A stretch of 32,000 nt of DNA, from contig CAKUFG010000010.1 in NCBI GenBank assembly GCA_934647235.1, positions 30,961 through 62,960 of the forward strand. Reading direction: 5' to 3'. The notes below the pieces were generated by a model, which had not been told where the DNA came from, did not search any database, and saw only the letters and a list, made by a program, of their open reading frames with translations. The stretch is from an uncultured Clostridia bacterium. GTDB lineage: Bacteria > Bacillota > Clostridia > Christensenellales > Aristaeellaceae. A program made the position numbers and the translations under genes. Numbering within the stretch: the first letter of the stretch is position 1; each line of letters opens with the position of its first letter. Below are positions 22,673 to 31,823 of the stretch, one piece after another.

Positions 22673-23824
22673 ATGAAGAAATTGCTGGCGATCCTGTTGG
22701 TACTGTGCATGGTCATCCCTGCTGCGGCGCTGGGCGAGGAAGTCGTCAAGATCGGCGTTTATGAGCCGGCCACTGGCGACAGCGGCGCGGGCGGCAAGCA
22801 GGAAATGCTGGGCATGCAGTATGCCAACGAGTTGTTCCCTACCGTGAAAATCGGCGACACGGAATATAAAGTGGAACTTGTTTATGCCGATAACGGTTCT
22901 TCCTCTGATAAGGCGCCTTCCGCCGCGCAGAAGCTGGTAAGCGAAAACGTGTCGGTGGTGCTGGGCTCCTACGGCTCCAGCGTGTCCAACGCCGGCAAGC
23001 CCTACTTTGGCGAGGCGGGTATCCCCGCCATCGGCGTTACCTGCACCAACCCCAGCGTCACGGCGGGCAACACCCACTATTTCCGCATTTGCTTCCTGGA
23101 TCCCTTCCAGGGCACGGTGCTGGCCAATTACGCCACCGAAAAGCTGGGCGCGAGCATTGCCTACTGCCTGGGCGAGCTTGGCAACGACTATGACACCGGC
23201 CTGATCTACAACTTTAAGCAGGCTTTTGAAAAGAACGGCGGCATGGTGGTGGATGAGTACTTCCAGACCGGCAACACGGACTTTACCTCCTACCTGACGA
23301 ACGCTTCCATGTATGGCGCGCAGGTCATCTTTGCTCCCTGCTCTCTGGCGTATGCCGCGCTGATCTGCAGCGCTGCGGGCGCGCAGGGCGTAACCACCCC
23401 GATCCTCGGTTCCGATACCTGGGATTCCAACGTGGTGGTAGACGCTGCCGCTGGCCAGAATATCACCCTTTATGTGTCCACCTTCTATCAGGAGGGCGGC
23501 AGCCCCGAGTTTGACGCGGGCTTCAAGGCCTGGATCAACAGCGATTCTGTGCATCTGGCCAACAACAACGGCAACGACATGATCTCCGCCGTTTCCGCCA
23601 TGGGCTACGATGCCTATATGGTGGCGCTGGAAGCGCTCAGGGCCGCGGGCTCCAAGGATCCAAAGGCTGTCAACGCGGCGCTGTGGGATGTGAAATACGA
23701 CGGCGTTACCGGTGCGATTGCCTTTGACGAAACGGGCGACGCGATCCGCGACGTGGCGTTCATCAAGCACCTGGATACCGCCAACAGCGCCTGGGAGCTG
23801 GCGGCTGTGCAGGGCAAGGATTAA
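22673..23824 (+). CDS. livK: Branched-chain amino-acid ABC transporter substrate-binding protein (LivK/LivJ family)
   Basis: I prefer the ATG at 22673, 8 nt after the AGGAGA Shine-Dalgarno. Signal peptide MKKLLAILLVLCMVIPAAALG. Periplasmic-binding-protein type I pattern: KIGVYEPATGDSGAGGKQ...GSYGSS. Confidence 0.8.
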   Translation: MKKLLAILLVLCMVIPAAALGEEVVKIGVYEPATGDSGAGGKQEMLGMQYANELFPTVKIGDTEYKVELVYADNGSSSDKAPSAAQKLVSENVSVVLGSYGSSVSNAGKPYFGEAGIPAIGVTCTNPSVTAGNTHYFRICFLDPFQGTVLANYATEKLGASIAYCLGELGNDYDTGLIYNFKQAFEKNGGMVVDEYFQTGNTDFTSYLTNASMYGAQVIFAPCSLAYAALICSAAGAQGVTTPILGSDTWDSNVVVDAAAGQNITLYVSTFYQEGGSPEFDAGFKAWINSDSVHLANNNGNDMISAVSAMGYDAYMVALEALRAAGSKDPKAVNAALWDVKYDGVTGAIAFDETGDAIRDVAFIKHLDTANSAWELAAVQGKD

Positions 23825-23863
23825 CGGCGGCGCGTCCACAACCGATATACGGCGTATGGGCAC

Positions 23864-23895
23864 GGCGGGGATTGCAGGGTCAGTCCCCGCCGTCC
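23864..23895 (+). other. Intra-operon stem-loop after the binding-protein gene
   Basis: acggcgggga (23864-23873) and tccccgccgt (23886-23895) form a perfect 10-bp GC-rich stem around a 12-nt loop. No U-tract follows. Confidence 0.5.
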
Positions 23896-23947
23896 TGTGC
23901 GTCATCCGGCGCGGCATACGCTGCGCAGGCCAAAGGAGGGCTTTTGC

Positions 23948-24883
23948 TTGAAAACCGTGCTTCCCTATCTGTTGTCCGGCATTTCGGTGGGCGGGCAGTA
24001 CGCGCTGATTGCCATTGGCTATACGATGGTTTACGGCATTCTGCGCCTGATCAACTTTGCCCACGGCGATGTGTTTATGGTGTCGGGCATTCTGATGGTG
24101 TATCTGACGGCGACCGGCCTGCCGCTGTATGCGGTTATTCCAATCGTGCTGCTTTTGACGGTGCTGATCGGCTTTGCCATCGAACGCATTGCCTATAAGC
24201 CCCTGCGCACCGCGCCGCGTATGTCCATCATGATATCGGCCATCGGCGTAAGCTATTTTCTGCAGAACCTGGTGCTCTACATCACCGGCGGCCTGAGCAA
24301 GGTCTATCCGGCGATTCCGTTTATTTCGCAGTCTGTCACGCTGACGCTCTTTGGCGTAACGCTGCCCACCACCAAGGTGGCGACGCTGATTACCCCGCCG
24401 CTGACGATCCTGCTGGTGATCGGCCTGGTGCTGCTGATCAATCACACCAAAATCGGCATGGCCATGCGCGCCGTATCCAAGGATTTTGAAACCAGCCAGC
24501 TGATGGGCATCAGGATCAACCGCGTGATCAGCGCCACGTTTGTCATCGGCTCCTTCCTGGCGGCCATCGGCTCGATGCTCTACTTTACCAATTATCCCTC
24601 CGTTGTGGCCACCAGCGGTTCCATGCCGGGCCTGAAGGCCTTTGTAGCGGCGGTGTTCGGGGGTATCGGCTCCATCCCCGGCGCAGTCATCGGCGCGTTT
24701 ATCATCGGCATTTGCGAAAACATCATCAAGGGCCTGGATCTGATTCTGTTCAAGGCCGGCATCACCCATAAGATGCTGGGCCTGACCACCTTTTCCGATG
24801 CGTTTACGTTTGTGCTGCTGATTGTCATTCTGATTATCAAGCCCACGGGCCTGTTTGGCGAAAAAACCACGGATAAGGTGTAA
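23948..24883 (+). CDS. livH: Branched-chain amino-acid ABC transporter permease (LivH type)
   Basis: TTG at 23948 after the AAAGGAGGG Shine-Dalgarno. N-terminus LSGISVGGQYALIAIGYTMVYGILRLINFAHGD is the LivH hallmark. Confidence 0.85.
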   Translation: MKTVLPYLLSGISVGGQYALIAIGYTMVYGILRLINFAHGDVFMVSGILMVYLTATGLPLYAVIPIVLLLTVLIGFAIERIAYKPLRTAPRMSIMISAIGVSYFLQNLVLYITGGLSKVYPAIPFISQSVTLTLFGVTLPTTKVATLITPPLTILLVIGLVLLINHTKIGMAMRAVSKDFETSQLMGIRINRVISATFVIGSFLAAIGSMLYFTNYPSVVATSGSMPGLKAFVAAVFGGIGSIPGAVIGAFIIGICENIIKGLDLILFKAGITHKMLGLTTFSDAFTFVLLIVILIIKPTGLFGEKTTDKV

Positions 24884-24895
24884 GGAGGGGAAAGT

Positions 24896-26011
24896 ATGCA
24901 ATCGATTGCGACGCGCAAAAAGCCGAGCCGGGCGCATATCCTCACGGCGGTGATCATCGCGGCTGTATACGTCCTGGTGTTTGCGGCTGAGCAGCTGCTG
25001 CCTGCCAGCTCCATGCTCTTTATCGTGCTGAAAAAGGGCGCTACCTATGCGCTGGTTGCGGTGTCCATGAACCTGCTCAACGGCTTTACGGGCATTTTCT
25101 CCCTGGGGCAGGCGGGCTTTATGCTGCTGGGCGCGTATACCTTCGCCATCTTTACCATCCCGGAGGAGAGCCGCGAGATCGTCTATCAGTATTACAACGG
25201 CGGTCTGATCCGCTTTGCCCTGCCGGTAATTCCGGCGCTGGTGCTGTCCGGCCTGGTGGCGGCGCTGTTCGCCTTCCTGGTTGGCTTGCCGGTGCTGAAG
25301 CTGAAAAGCGACTATCTGGCCATCGCCACCCTGGGCTTTGCCGAAATCATCCGCGCTATCTTCCAGTGGGATAAGCTGGGCGCGATTACCAACGGCTCCA
25401 ACATGCTGCATCAGTTCCCGTCCTTTTCCAGCTTTAATATCCGCAATGCCCAGGGTGAGGTGGTGGTGTATCTGTCCACGCTCGTGCCCTTTGTGATTGC
25501 GGGCGTGTGCATCGCGCTGATTGTGCTGCTGATCAACTCCACCTATGGGCGCGCGCTCAAGGCCATCCGCGATGATGAAACGGCGGCCGAGGCCATGGGC
25601 GTGAACCTGTTCCATCATAAGCAGCTGGCGTTTTGCATTTCCTCCTTCTTTGCGGGCATTGGCGGGGCGATGCTGGCCATGTATGCCTGCACGGTCCAGG
25701 CCAAGTCCTTTACCAGCGCCATGACGTATGAAATCCTGCTGATTGTGGTGCTGGGCGGCGTGGGCTCCATCACCGGCAGCTGCCTGAGCGCTTTCCTGTT
25801 TGTCGCCTGCTCGGAGTGGTGGCTGCGCTTCCTGGACAATACCTACACCATCGGGTCCTTCCAGGTGCCGCTGCTGCGCAACGGCTTCCGCCTGGTGGTG
25901 TTCTCGGTGATCATCATGGTGGTGGTGCTGTTCTTCCGCAAGGGCATCATGGGCGAGCGTGAGCTTCCCGATCTTCTGCGCGGACGCAAGGGGAAGGAGG
26001 CCGCAAAATGA
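24896..26011 (+). CDS. livM: Branched-chain amino-acid ABC transporter permease (LivM type)
   Basis: AAGGAGGGG Shine-Dalgarno. Motifs MNLLNGFTGIFSLGQAGFMLLGAY and RALKAIRDDETAAEAMGVN are typical of LivM. Confidence 0.85.
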   Translation: MQSIATRKKPSRAHILTAVIIAAVYVLVFAAEQLLPASSMLFIVLKKGATYALVAVSMNLLNGFTGIFSLGQAGFMLLGAYTFAIFTIPEESREIVYQYYNGGLIRFALPVIPALVLSGLVAALFAFLVGLPVLKLKSDYLAIATLGFAEIIRAIFQWDKLGAITNGSNMLHQFPSFSSFNIRNAQGEVVVYLSTLVPFVIAGVCIALIVLLINSTYGRALKAIRDDETAAEAMGVNLFHHKQLAFCISSFFAGIGGAMLAMYACTVQAKSFTSAMTYEILLIVVLGGVGSITGSCLSAFLFVACSEWWLRFLDNTYTIGSFQVPLLRNGFRLVVFSVIIMVVVLFFRKGIMGERELPDLLRGRKGKEAAK

Positions 26012-26846
26012 GCGGGAACGTGCTGAAAATCAACCACCTGACCATGCAGTTTGGCGGTGTGGTGGCGGTAAACGATCTGTGCATGGAAATCAGCCGCGGC
26101 GAGATCGTGGCGCTGATCGGCCCCAATGGCGCGGGCAAAACCACGGCCTTCAACTGCGTGACGGGCGTGTATGAGCCTACCAACGGCGAAATCCTGTTTG
26201 AAGGCAAGCCCATTGCGCGCAACCATCCCACCGGCCGCATGCGCAAGCTATATGCCGGCACGATGGGAGACGCCTATCGTGGGCGCATCATCCGCAGCAC
26301 GCCGGATCAGATCACCCGCCGGGGCATTGCGCGAACCTTTCAGAACATCCGGCTTTTCGGCTCCATGACGGTGTTTGAAAACGTGCTGCTGGCGCGCCAT
26401 CTGCGCCGCAGCAGCAATGTGCTGACGGCCATGCTGCGCATCAACCGCCGCGAGGAAAAGCGCATGCGCGAGGAGGCGATGCAGCTGCTGCGCGTGGTGG
26501 GATTGGAGGATGAGCGCGACGAGCGCGCGACCTCGCTGCCCTATGGCAAGCAGCGGCTGCTGGAAATTGCCCGCGCGCTGGCGACTGAGCCGAGCCTGCT
26601 GCTGCTGGACGAACCGGCTGCGGGCATGAACCCGCAGGAAACCGAGGAGCTGGGCGCGTTTATCCAGCGCATCAAAAAGCAGTTTAACCTGACGATTCTG
26701 ATCATCGAGCATCATATGAACCTGATCATGGATATTTCCGACCGCATTTATGTGGTGGATTTCGGCCGCTTGATTGCGCAGGGAACGCCCGATGAGATTC
26801 AGAACAACGACGCGGTGATCGCCGCTTATCTGGGAGGTGACGAGGC

Positions 26847-26850
<4 letters not shown>
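26008..26850 (+). CDS. livG: Branched-chain amino-acid ABC transporter ATP-binding protein (LivG type)
   Basis: Walker A GPNGAGKTT, Q-loop RTFQNIRLF, signature LPYGKQRLLEIARAL, Walker B LLLLDEPAAG. ATGA overlap with livM. Confidence 0.9.
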
Positions 26851-27560
<710 letters not shown>

Positions 27561-27573
27561 ACAGGGAGATTTT

Positions 27574-29133
27574 ATGACAAACCAAGCCGTGATTTTAATC
27601 GTTATGGCGGGCTACATGCTCATGATTATTGCCATCGGCGCGCTGTTTGCACGCCGATCCAACAAAAACGCCGAAAGCTATTTCCTGGGCGGGCGCACGC
27701 TGGGCCCGTGGGTATCCGCCATGAGCGCCGAGGCTTCGGATATGAGCGGATATCTGCTCATGGGCGTGCCTGGCCTGGCCTACTGGTGCGGCCTGGCGGA
27801 TGCTGGCTGGACGGCGATTGGCCTGGCGCTGGGCACGTACTTGAACTGGCTGCTGGTATCGCGCCGCCTGCGCAGTTATTCCGTGGCCGCAGGCAACGCC
27901 ATTACCGTGCCGGATTTCCTCAGCAATCGTTTTCATGAAAAAAAGAAGGTCATCCTGGGCGTATCGGCCGTATTTATCCTGATTTTCTTTACCGTGTACG
28001 CCGCCAGCTGCTTTGTCACCTGCGGCAAGCTCTTTGCCGGGCTGTTTGATATGTCCTACCACAGCATGATGCTGGTGGGCGCGGCCTTTGTGCTGCTGTA
28101 TACCATGCTGGGCGGCTTCCTGGCCGAGAGCGTATCCGATTTCATTCAGGCCATGGTGATGGTGGCGGCGCTGCTGTGCGTGCTGATTGTAGGCACGCGC
28201 CACGCGGGCGGCATCGGCGCAGTGATAGAAAACGCGCGGGCGATTCCCGGGTATCTGTCGCTGACACAGCTGGCTTCGCCTGTGGTGGACGCCTCCGGCG
28301 TGCAGCAGAGCGCGGGCGGCGCGCCCCTTTTTGGCGTGCCGGAAAGCTACGGCTTCCTGAAAATCCTTTCCACCCTCAGCTGGGGCCTGGGCTACTTTGG
28401 CATGCCGCAGGTGCTGCTGCGCTTTATGGCCATCCGCCGCGGGGAGGAGCTGACGCGCTCTCGCCGCATTGCCAGCGTGTGGGTGGTTATCTCGCTGACG
28501 GCCGCCGTGGCCATCGGCGTGATGGGCCGCGCGCTGCTGCCTGCCGAGCCCTCGCTTGCCACGCAGAGCGGCGCGGAAAACCTGTTTGCCCATGCAGCGC
28601 AGCTTTTGTTCCATCCTGTGCTGGCCGGCCTTGTAACGGCGGGCATATTGGCGGCTACGATCAGCTCGTCCGATTCCTACCTGCTGATTGCCTCCTCCGC
28701 TGTATCGCAGAATCTGTTTGCGGGCATCATCAAAAAGGATGCAACCGATAAGCAGGTTATGCGGCTGTCGCGCCTGGTGATCCTGCTGATTACGGCGCTG
28801 GGCCTTGTGATTGCCTGGGATGAAAACAGCGTGATTTTCCAGGTGGTATCCTTTGCCTGGGCGGGCTTTGGCGCAACGTTCGGGCCGATTATGCTCTTCT
28901 CCCTCTTCTGGAAGCGCACCACGCGCGCAGGCGCAATCGCCGGTATGATTGGCGGCGGCGCGATGGTGTTTATCTGGAAGCTGCTGATTAAGCCCATGGG
29001 CGGGCTGCTTGGCATCTATGAGCTGCTGCCGGCCTTCCTGTTCTCGGCCATCCTGATCGTCGTCGTATCGCTGATGACCGCACCGCCGGATGCGGAAATC
29101 CTGGAGGAGTTTGAAAAATCGAAAAATGCATAA
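27574..29133 (+). CDS. putP: Sodium/proline symporter (SSS family)
   Basis: 519 aa. YFLGGRTLGPWVSAMSAEASDMSGYLLMGVPGLAY matches the PutP N-terminal signature. About 13 TM segments. AGGGAG Shine-Dalgarno, and only 13 nt separate it from livF. Confidence 0.8.
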   Translation: MTNQAVILIVMAGYMLMIIAIGALFARRSNKNAESYFLGGRTLGPWVSAMSAEASDMSGYLLMGVPGLAYWCGLADAGWTAIGLALGTYLNWLLVSRRLRSYSVAAGNAITVPDFLSNRFHEKKKVILGVSAVFILIFFTVYAASCFVTCGKLFAGLFDMSYHSMMLVGAAFVLLYTMLGGFLAESVSDFIQAMVMVAALLCVLIVGTRHAGGIGAVIENARAIPGYLSLTQLASPVVDASGVQQSAGGAPLFGVPESYGFLKILSTLSWGLGYFGMPQVLLRFMAIRRGEELTRSRRIASVWVVISLTAAVAIGVMGRALLPAEPSLATQSGAENLFAHAAQLLFHPVLAGLVTAGILAATISSSDSYLLIASSAVSQNLFAGIIKKDATDKQVMRLSRLVILLITALGLVIAWDENSVIFQVVSFAWAGFGATFGPIMLFSLFWKRTTRAGAIAGMIGGGAMVFIWKLLIKPMGGLLGIYELLPAFLFSAILIVVVSLMTAPPDAEILEEFEKSKNA

Positions 29134-29137
29134 AAAA

Positions 29138-29177
29138 CGGGCTGTCTCGAGGATGAGGCAGCCCGCGTTTTATTTTA
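29138..29177. terminator. Bidirectional terminator between putP and the lipid kinase gene
   Basis: cgggctg (29138-29144) pairs with cagcccg (29159-29165). It is flanked by AAAAAA upstream and TTTTATTTTA downstream. Confidence 0.6.
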
Positions 29178-29191
29178 TATGTATGATTCAA

Positions 29192-30070
29192 TCAGCCAAC
29201 CGCTTTTTCGGCAGCTTCTGCGGCGGCGGAGCGCACATGATAGCCCCTTACGCCTGAAATGGTTTCGCCGTCGATCTGCAGTGCGGTGGGGCGGTCGAAT
29301 TCCACCCGGATATCATGACCGGTCAGCACGGTTACCATCTCGTCATGCTTTACATGCTCGCCTTTGAAGATGCTGGGGAAAACGGCCAGCGTTTTGAGCT
29401 TGCTGGCGCAGTGCATCACCACCACCGAAACCGTGCGGTCAGGGTTCAGACGATCCTGCGCAGGCGCTACCTCCATGCCGCCGCCGTAATAACGGCCATT
29501 CATGGCGGGAGAGAGCCATACATGCCTGAAGCGCTGCGTTTTGCCGTCCACCGTGACGGCTGCACGGACGGGATGATAGCCAAACAGCAGGCCCTTGATG
29601 GCGATGGCGGTGTAGTTTACGTTTTTCTTGCCCTCGGAGCGCTGGATATCGCCCACCTCGCAGCAATAGCCGTCGATGCCGTAGCCCACGCCGTTGACAA
29701 AATAATAGCGCTTGCTGCTGATTTCTACCGTGGGCAAATCGGCAAGATATCGATTGAGCGGCACCATGGTGCTGTTGTCCTTGGCCGATACGTCGTGCAT
29801 AAAATCGTTGCCCGAGCCTGCGGGATAATACAGCACGCCCTGGCGCGGCGGCTGCCCGCCCAGCGCGTTGATAAAATGATTGATGGTGCCGTCGCCGCCC
29901 GAGAGCACCACTTCGTCCCCAAGCGGCAGCTTTTTCATAAAGGCCGCCGTATCCAGCGTGGTGATATCCAGGATTTCGGTTTCTCGTGGGGCAAGCAGCG
30001 CTGCAGCCTCGCGCGCCTTTTCCTCGCTGCGGCCGCTGCCCGCAAGGGGATTGTAAAGAATATGAATCAT
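29192..30070 (-). CDS. Diacylglycerol/lipid kinase family protein (YegS/BmrU/DagK type)
   Basis: I prefer the internal ATG at 30070, giving MIHILYNPLAGSGRS as the canonical N-terminus. The DAGK_cat motif is VLSGGDGTINHFINAL. The ORF-track start at 30196 adds 42 unsupported residues. Confidence 0.8.
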   Translation of the reverse strand: MIHILYNPLAGSGRSEEKAREAAALLAPRETEILDITTLDTAAFMKKLPLGDEVVLSGGDGTINHFINALGGQPPRQGVLYYPAGSGNDFMHDVSAKDNSTMVPLNRYLADLPTVEISSKRYYFVNGVGYGIDGYCCEVGDIQRSEGKKNVNYTAIAIKGLLFGYHPVRAAVTVDGKTQRFRHVWLSPAMNGRYYGGGMEVAPAQDRLNPDRTVSVVVMHCASKLKTLAVFPSIFKGEHVKHDEMVTVLTGHDIRVEFDRPTALQIDGETISGVRGYHVRSAAAEAAEKAVG

Positions 30071-30133
30071 GAGATGGTGAGCCCTTTCTTTTGTGTTGTG
30101 GCGGTGCAGCGCGCAAAGGCGGCTTATCACATC

Positions 30134-30154
30134 CATCCTGTATTGTACAGGATG
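30134..30154. promoter_or_regulatory. 21-bp perfect palindrome (candidate operator) upstream of the lipid kinase gene
   Basis: catcctgta-ttg-tacaggatg. On the minus strand the centre reads TACAAT, which is -10-like. Confidence 0.4.
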
Positions 30155-30173
30155 AGCAAGGGCTTTGAAAACT

Positions 30174-30214
30174 GACAAAAACCCGGCAGTGTCCAAAGAT
30201 TGGGCAATACCGGG
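30174..30214 (-). terminator. Rho-independent terminator after the DUF3343 gene
   Basis: On the minus strand, CCCGGTA pairs with TGCCGGG (7 bp including one G-U; + coordinates 30208-30214 and 30182-30188), followed by TTTTTGTCAGTTTT. Confidence 0.5.
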
Positions 30215-30244
30215 CGTTTGTCTGGAAATTGTTTGGAATTTTAA

Positions 30245-30514
30245 TTACAGCAGCGGGATGATGCGCGGCCGGCCGCTGCCCTGGCGCTCCACCTGGTAAA
30301 AGCCAATCAGGTTGCTGGGGCGCGTCTGGTTGTATACGGTCAGCACCCTGGCCGTATCCTGCGGGTCAAAGCGCACGCTCAGCCCGCAGCCAACCGATAC
30401 GTCGCGCGGGGTGGATATCACCTGTCCGCGAACGCCTGCGCGGCGCAGCGCCGCGTCAAAGCGCATCACCTGCTGGCGCGATCGAAACGATGCGATGCCA
30501 AATATCTCCTGCAT
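30245..30514 (-). CDS. DUF3343 (putative Se/S carrier-like) small protein
   Basis: I prefer the ATG at 30514, 7 nt after the AGGAGGG Shine-Dalgarno. ASFRSRQQVMRFDAALRRAGVRGQVISTPRDVSVGCGLSVRF matches the DUF3343 pattern, including the conserved CG. Confidence 0.6.
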   Translation of the reverse strand: MQEIFGIASFRSRQQVMRFDAALRRAGVRGQVISTPRDVSVGCGLSVRFDPQDTARVLTVYNQTRPSNLIGFYQVERQGSGRPRIIPLL

Positions 30515-30532
30515 ATGCATGCCCTCCTGTCT

Positions 30533-30557
30533 GCGCTCATAGCATACTATGAAGCGC
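30533..30557. promoter_or_regulatory. Imperfect 10/11-bp-arm palindrome in the divergent DUF3343 / desulfurase control region
   Basis: gcgcTCATAG-cata-CTATGAagcgc. The core is a perfect 6-bp inverted repeat, and the outer GCGC arms are offset by a 1-nt bulge. Confidence 0.4.
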
Positions 30558-30587
30558 GGCACATCCGCGTGCAGGGAGGGAAAACGC

Positions 30588-31709
30588 ATGATTTATCTGG
30601 ATAATGCCGCTACCAGCTGGCCCAAGCCCCCCGAGGTGCTGCGCGCCGTAAACGGGGTGATGAGCCGCCCCTTCGGCAATCCTGGGCGCGGCGGGCATCG
30701 CGCGTCCCTGTGCGCCGGGCGGGTGGTATACGCCTGCCGCGAGGCGGCGGCCAGGTATCTTGGCTGCGCGCCTGAGCGCGTGATCTTTACCCTCAACTGC
30801 ACGGATGCGCTGAATATGGCCATTCGCGGCTGCCTGCACCGGGGCGATCATGTGCTGGCTACGCACGATGCGCACAACGCTGTGATGCGTCCGCTGGCAG
30901 GCATGGAACAGCGCGGGGAGATATCGCTGAGCATTCTGCGCGCTGGCGAGGGCGGCGTGCTGGATGCTTCGGCCATCGACGAGGCCGTAACGCCGCAGAC
31001 ACGGCTGTGCATCCTGACCCATGCCAGCAATGTGACGGGCACGCTGCAGCCCGTGCGTGAGCTGATTGCCGCCGCGCATCGCTATGGCCTGCTGGTGCTG
31101 CTGGATGCGGCCCAGACGGCGGGCACGCTGCCGCTTGACGATACGGGCGCGGATATGATCGCCATGCCCGGACACAAGGGCCTGCTTGGCCCTATGGGCA
31201 CGGGCATTCTGTATGTGGGCGAGCATGCGGCGCTGCGCCCCCTGCGCGAAGGCGGCACGGGCTCGGCCAGCGAAAGCGTGCATCAGCCCCTGATGCTGCC
31301 CGACCGCTATGAAAGCGGCACGCTGCAGCTGCCGGGCATTGCGGGGCTTCTGCAGGGCATTCGTTTTGCATCGGCCAATCAGGCGGCTATTCATCAATAC
31401 GAATGCGAGCTGATTGACGAGCTGCGCGCACAGCTGAGCGCCATCGACGGGGTGACGGTTTACGGCCGCGCAGAGGATGCGCACGTGGGCGTGCTCAGCT
31501 TTAATCTATCGGGCATGGACAGCTCGGAGCTGGCAGACGCGCTGGACGCGCGCGGCCTGTGCCTGCGCGGCGGGCTGCACTGCGCGCCGTGTATGCATCG
31601 GTATCTGGGCACGCAGGGCACGGTACGCGCCAGCGTAGGGCCGTATTCCACGCTGGAAGAAATGGACATTCTGGCTGCCGAGGTGCGGGCAATCCGGGAT
31701 AAAACGTAA
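30588..31709 (+). CDS. Class-V aminotransferase / cysteine desulfurase family protein
   Basis: ATG at 30588 after the GGGAGGG Shine-Dalgarno. N-terminus MIYLDNAATSWPKP, PLP-lysine motif MPGHKGLLGPMGTG, and C-terminal catalytic-Cys motif LRGGLHCAPCMHRYLGT. Confidence 0.85.
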   Translation: MIYLDNAATSWPKPPEVLRAVNGVMSRPFGNPGRGGHRASLCAGRVVYACREAAARYLGCAPERVIFTLNCTDALNMAIRGCLHRGDHVLATHDAHNAVMRPLAGMEQRGEISLSILRAGEGGVLDASAIDEAVTPQTRLCILTHASNVTGTLQPVRELIAAAHRYGLLVLLDAAQTAGTLPLDDTGADMIAMPGHKGLLGPMGTGILYVGEHAALRPLREGGTGSASESVHQPLMLPDRYESGTLQLPGIAGLLQGIRFASANQAAIHQYECELIDELRAQLSAIDGVTVYGRAEDAHVGVLSFNLSGMDSSELADALDARGLCLRGGLHCAPCMHRYLGTQGTVRASVGPYSTLEEMDILAAEVRAIRDKT

Positions 31710-31747
31710 AATGTTGCCCAAAATCCCGAACTGCCGAAAGATGGTAC

Positions 31748-31776
31748 TTGCAATTCTATAACAATTTCATTACAAT
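31748..31776 (+). promoter_or_regulatory. Sigma-A-type promoter for the downstream PG-binding protein gene
   Basis: TTGCAA (31748-31753), 17-nt spacer, TACAAT (31771-31776), in an AT-rich island. Confidence 0.45.
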
Positions 31777-31823
31777 ATAATAACGCACTGGTTACAGTAC
31801 GTCAGAATTGTGAGGTGTACCGC

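Noticed and set aside
22556-25618. A 1020-aa ORF on the minus strand, the longest in the window, spanning livK, livH and part of livM
   Set aside because: It is codon-aligned antisense to three genes that all sit in the same + frame (starts 22673, 23948 and 24896 are all congruent mod 3). In that frame a stop needs a sense TTA, CTA or TCA codon, and these are nearly absent in GC-rich coding sequence. The translation is low-complexity (R/G/H/Q/A/D-rich) with no recognisable motif, whereas the + strand genes carry clear ABC-transporter signatures.
30071-30196. 42-residue N-terminal extension of the lipid kinase ORF
   Set aside because: Canonical DAGK/YegS proteins begin at the MxxxxNPxxG strand (MIHILYNPLAGSG, start 30070). 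The extension would run through the palindrome and the putative promoter.
30515-30589. Longer DUF3343 ORF starting at 30589, which would overlap the desulfurase start codon
   Set aside because: The extra 25 residues (MRFPSLHADVPRFIVCYERRQEG..) have no family similarity and no Shine-Dalgarno. The AGGAGGG Shine-Dalgarno sits 7 nt before the ATG at 30514.
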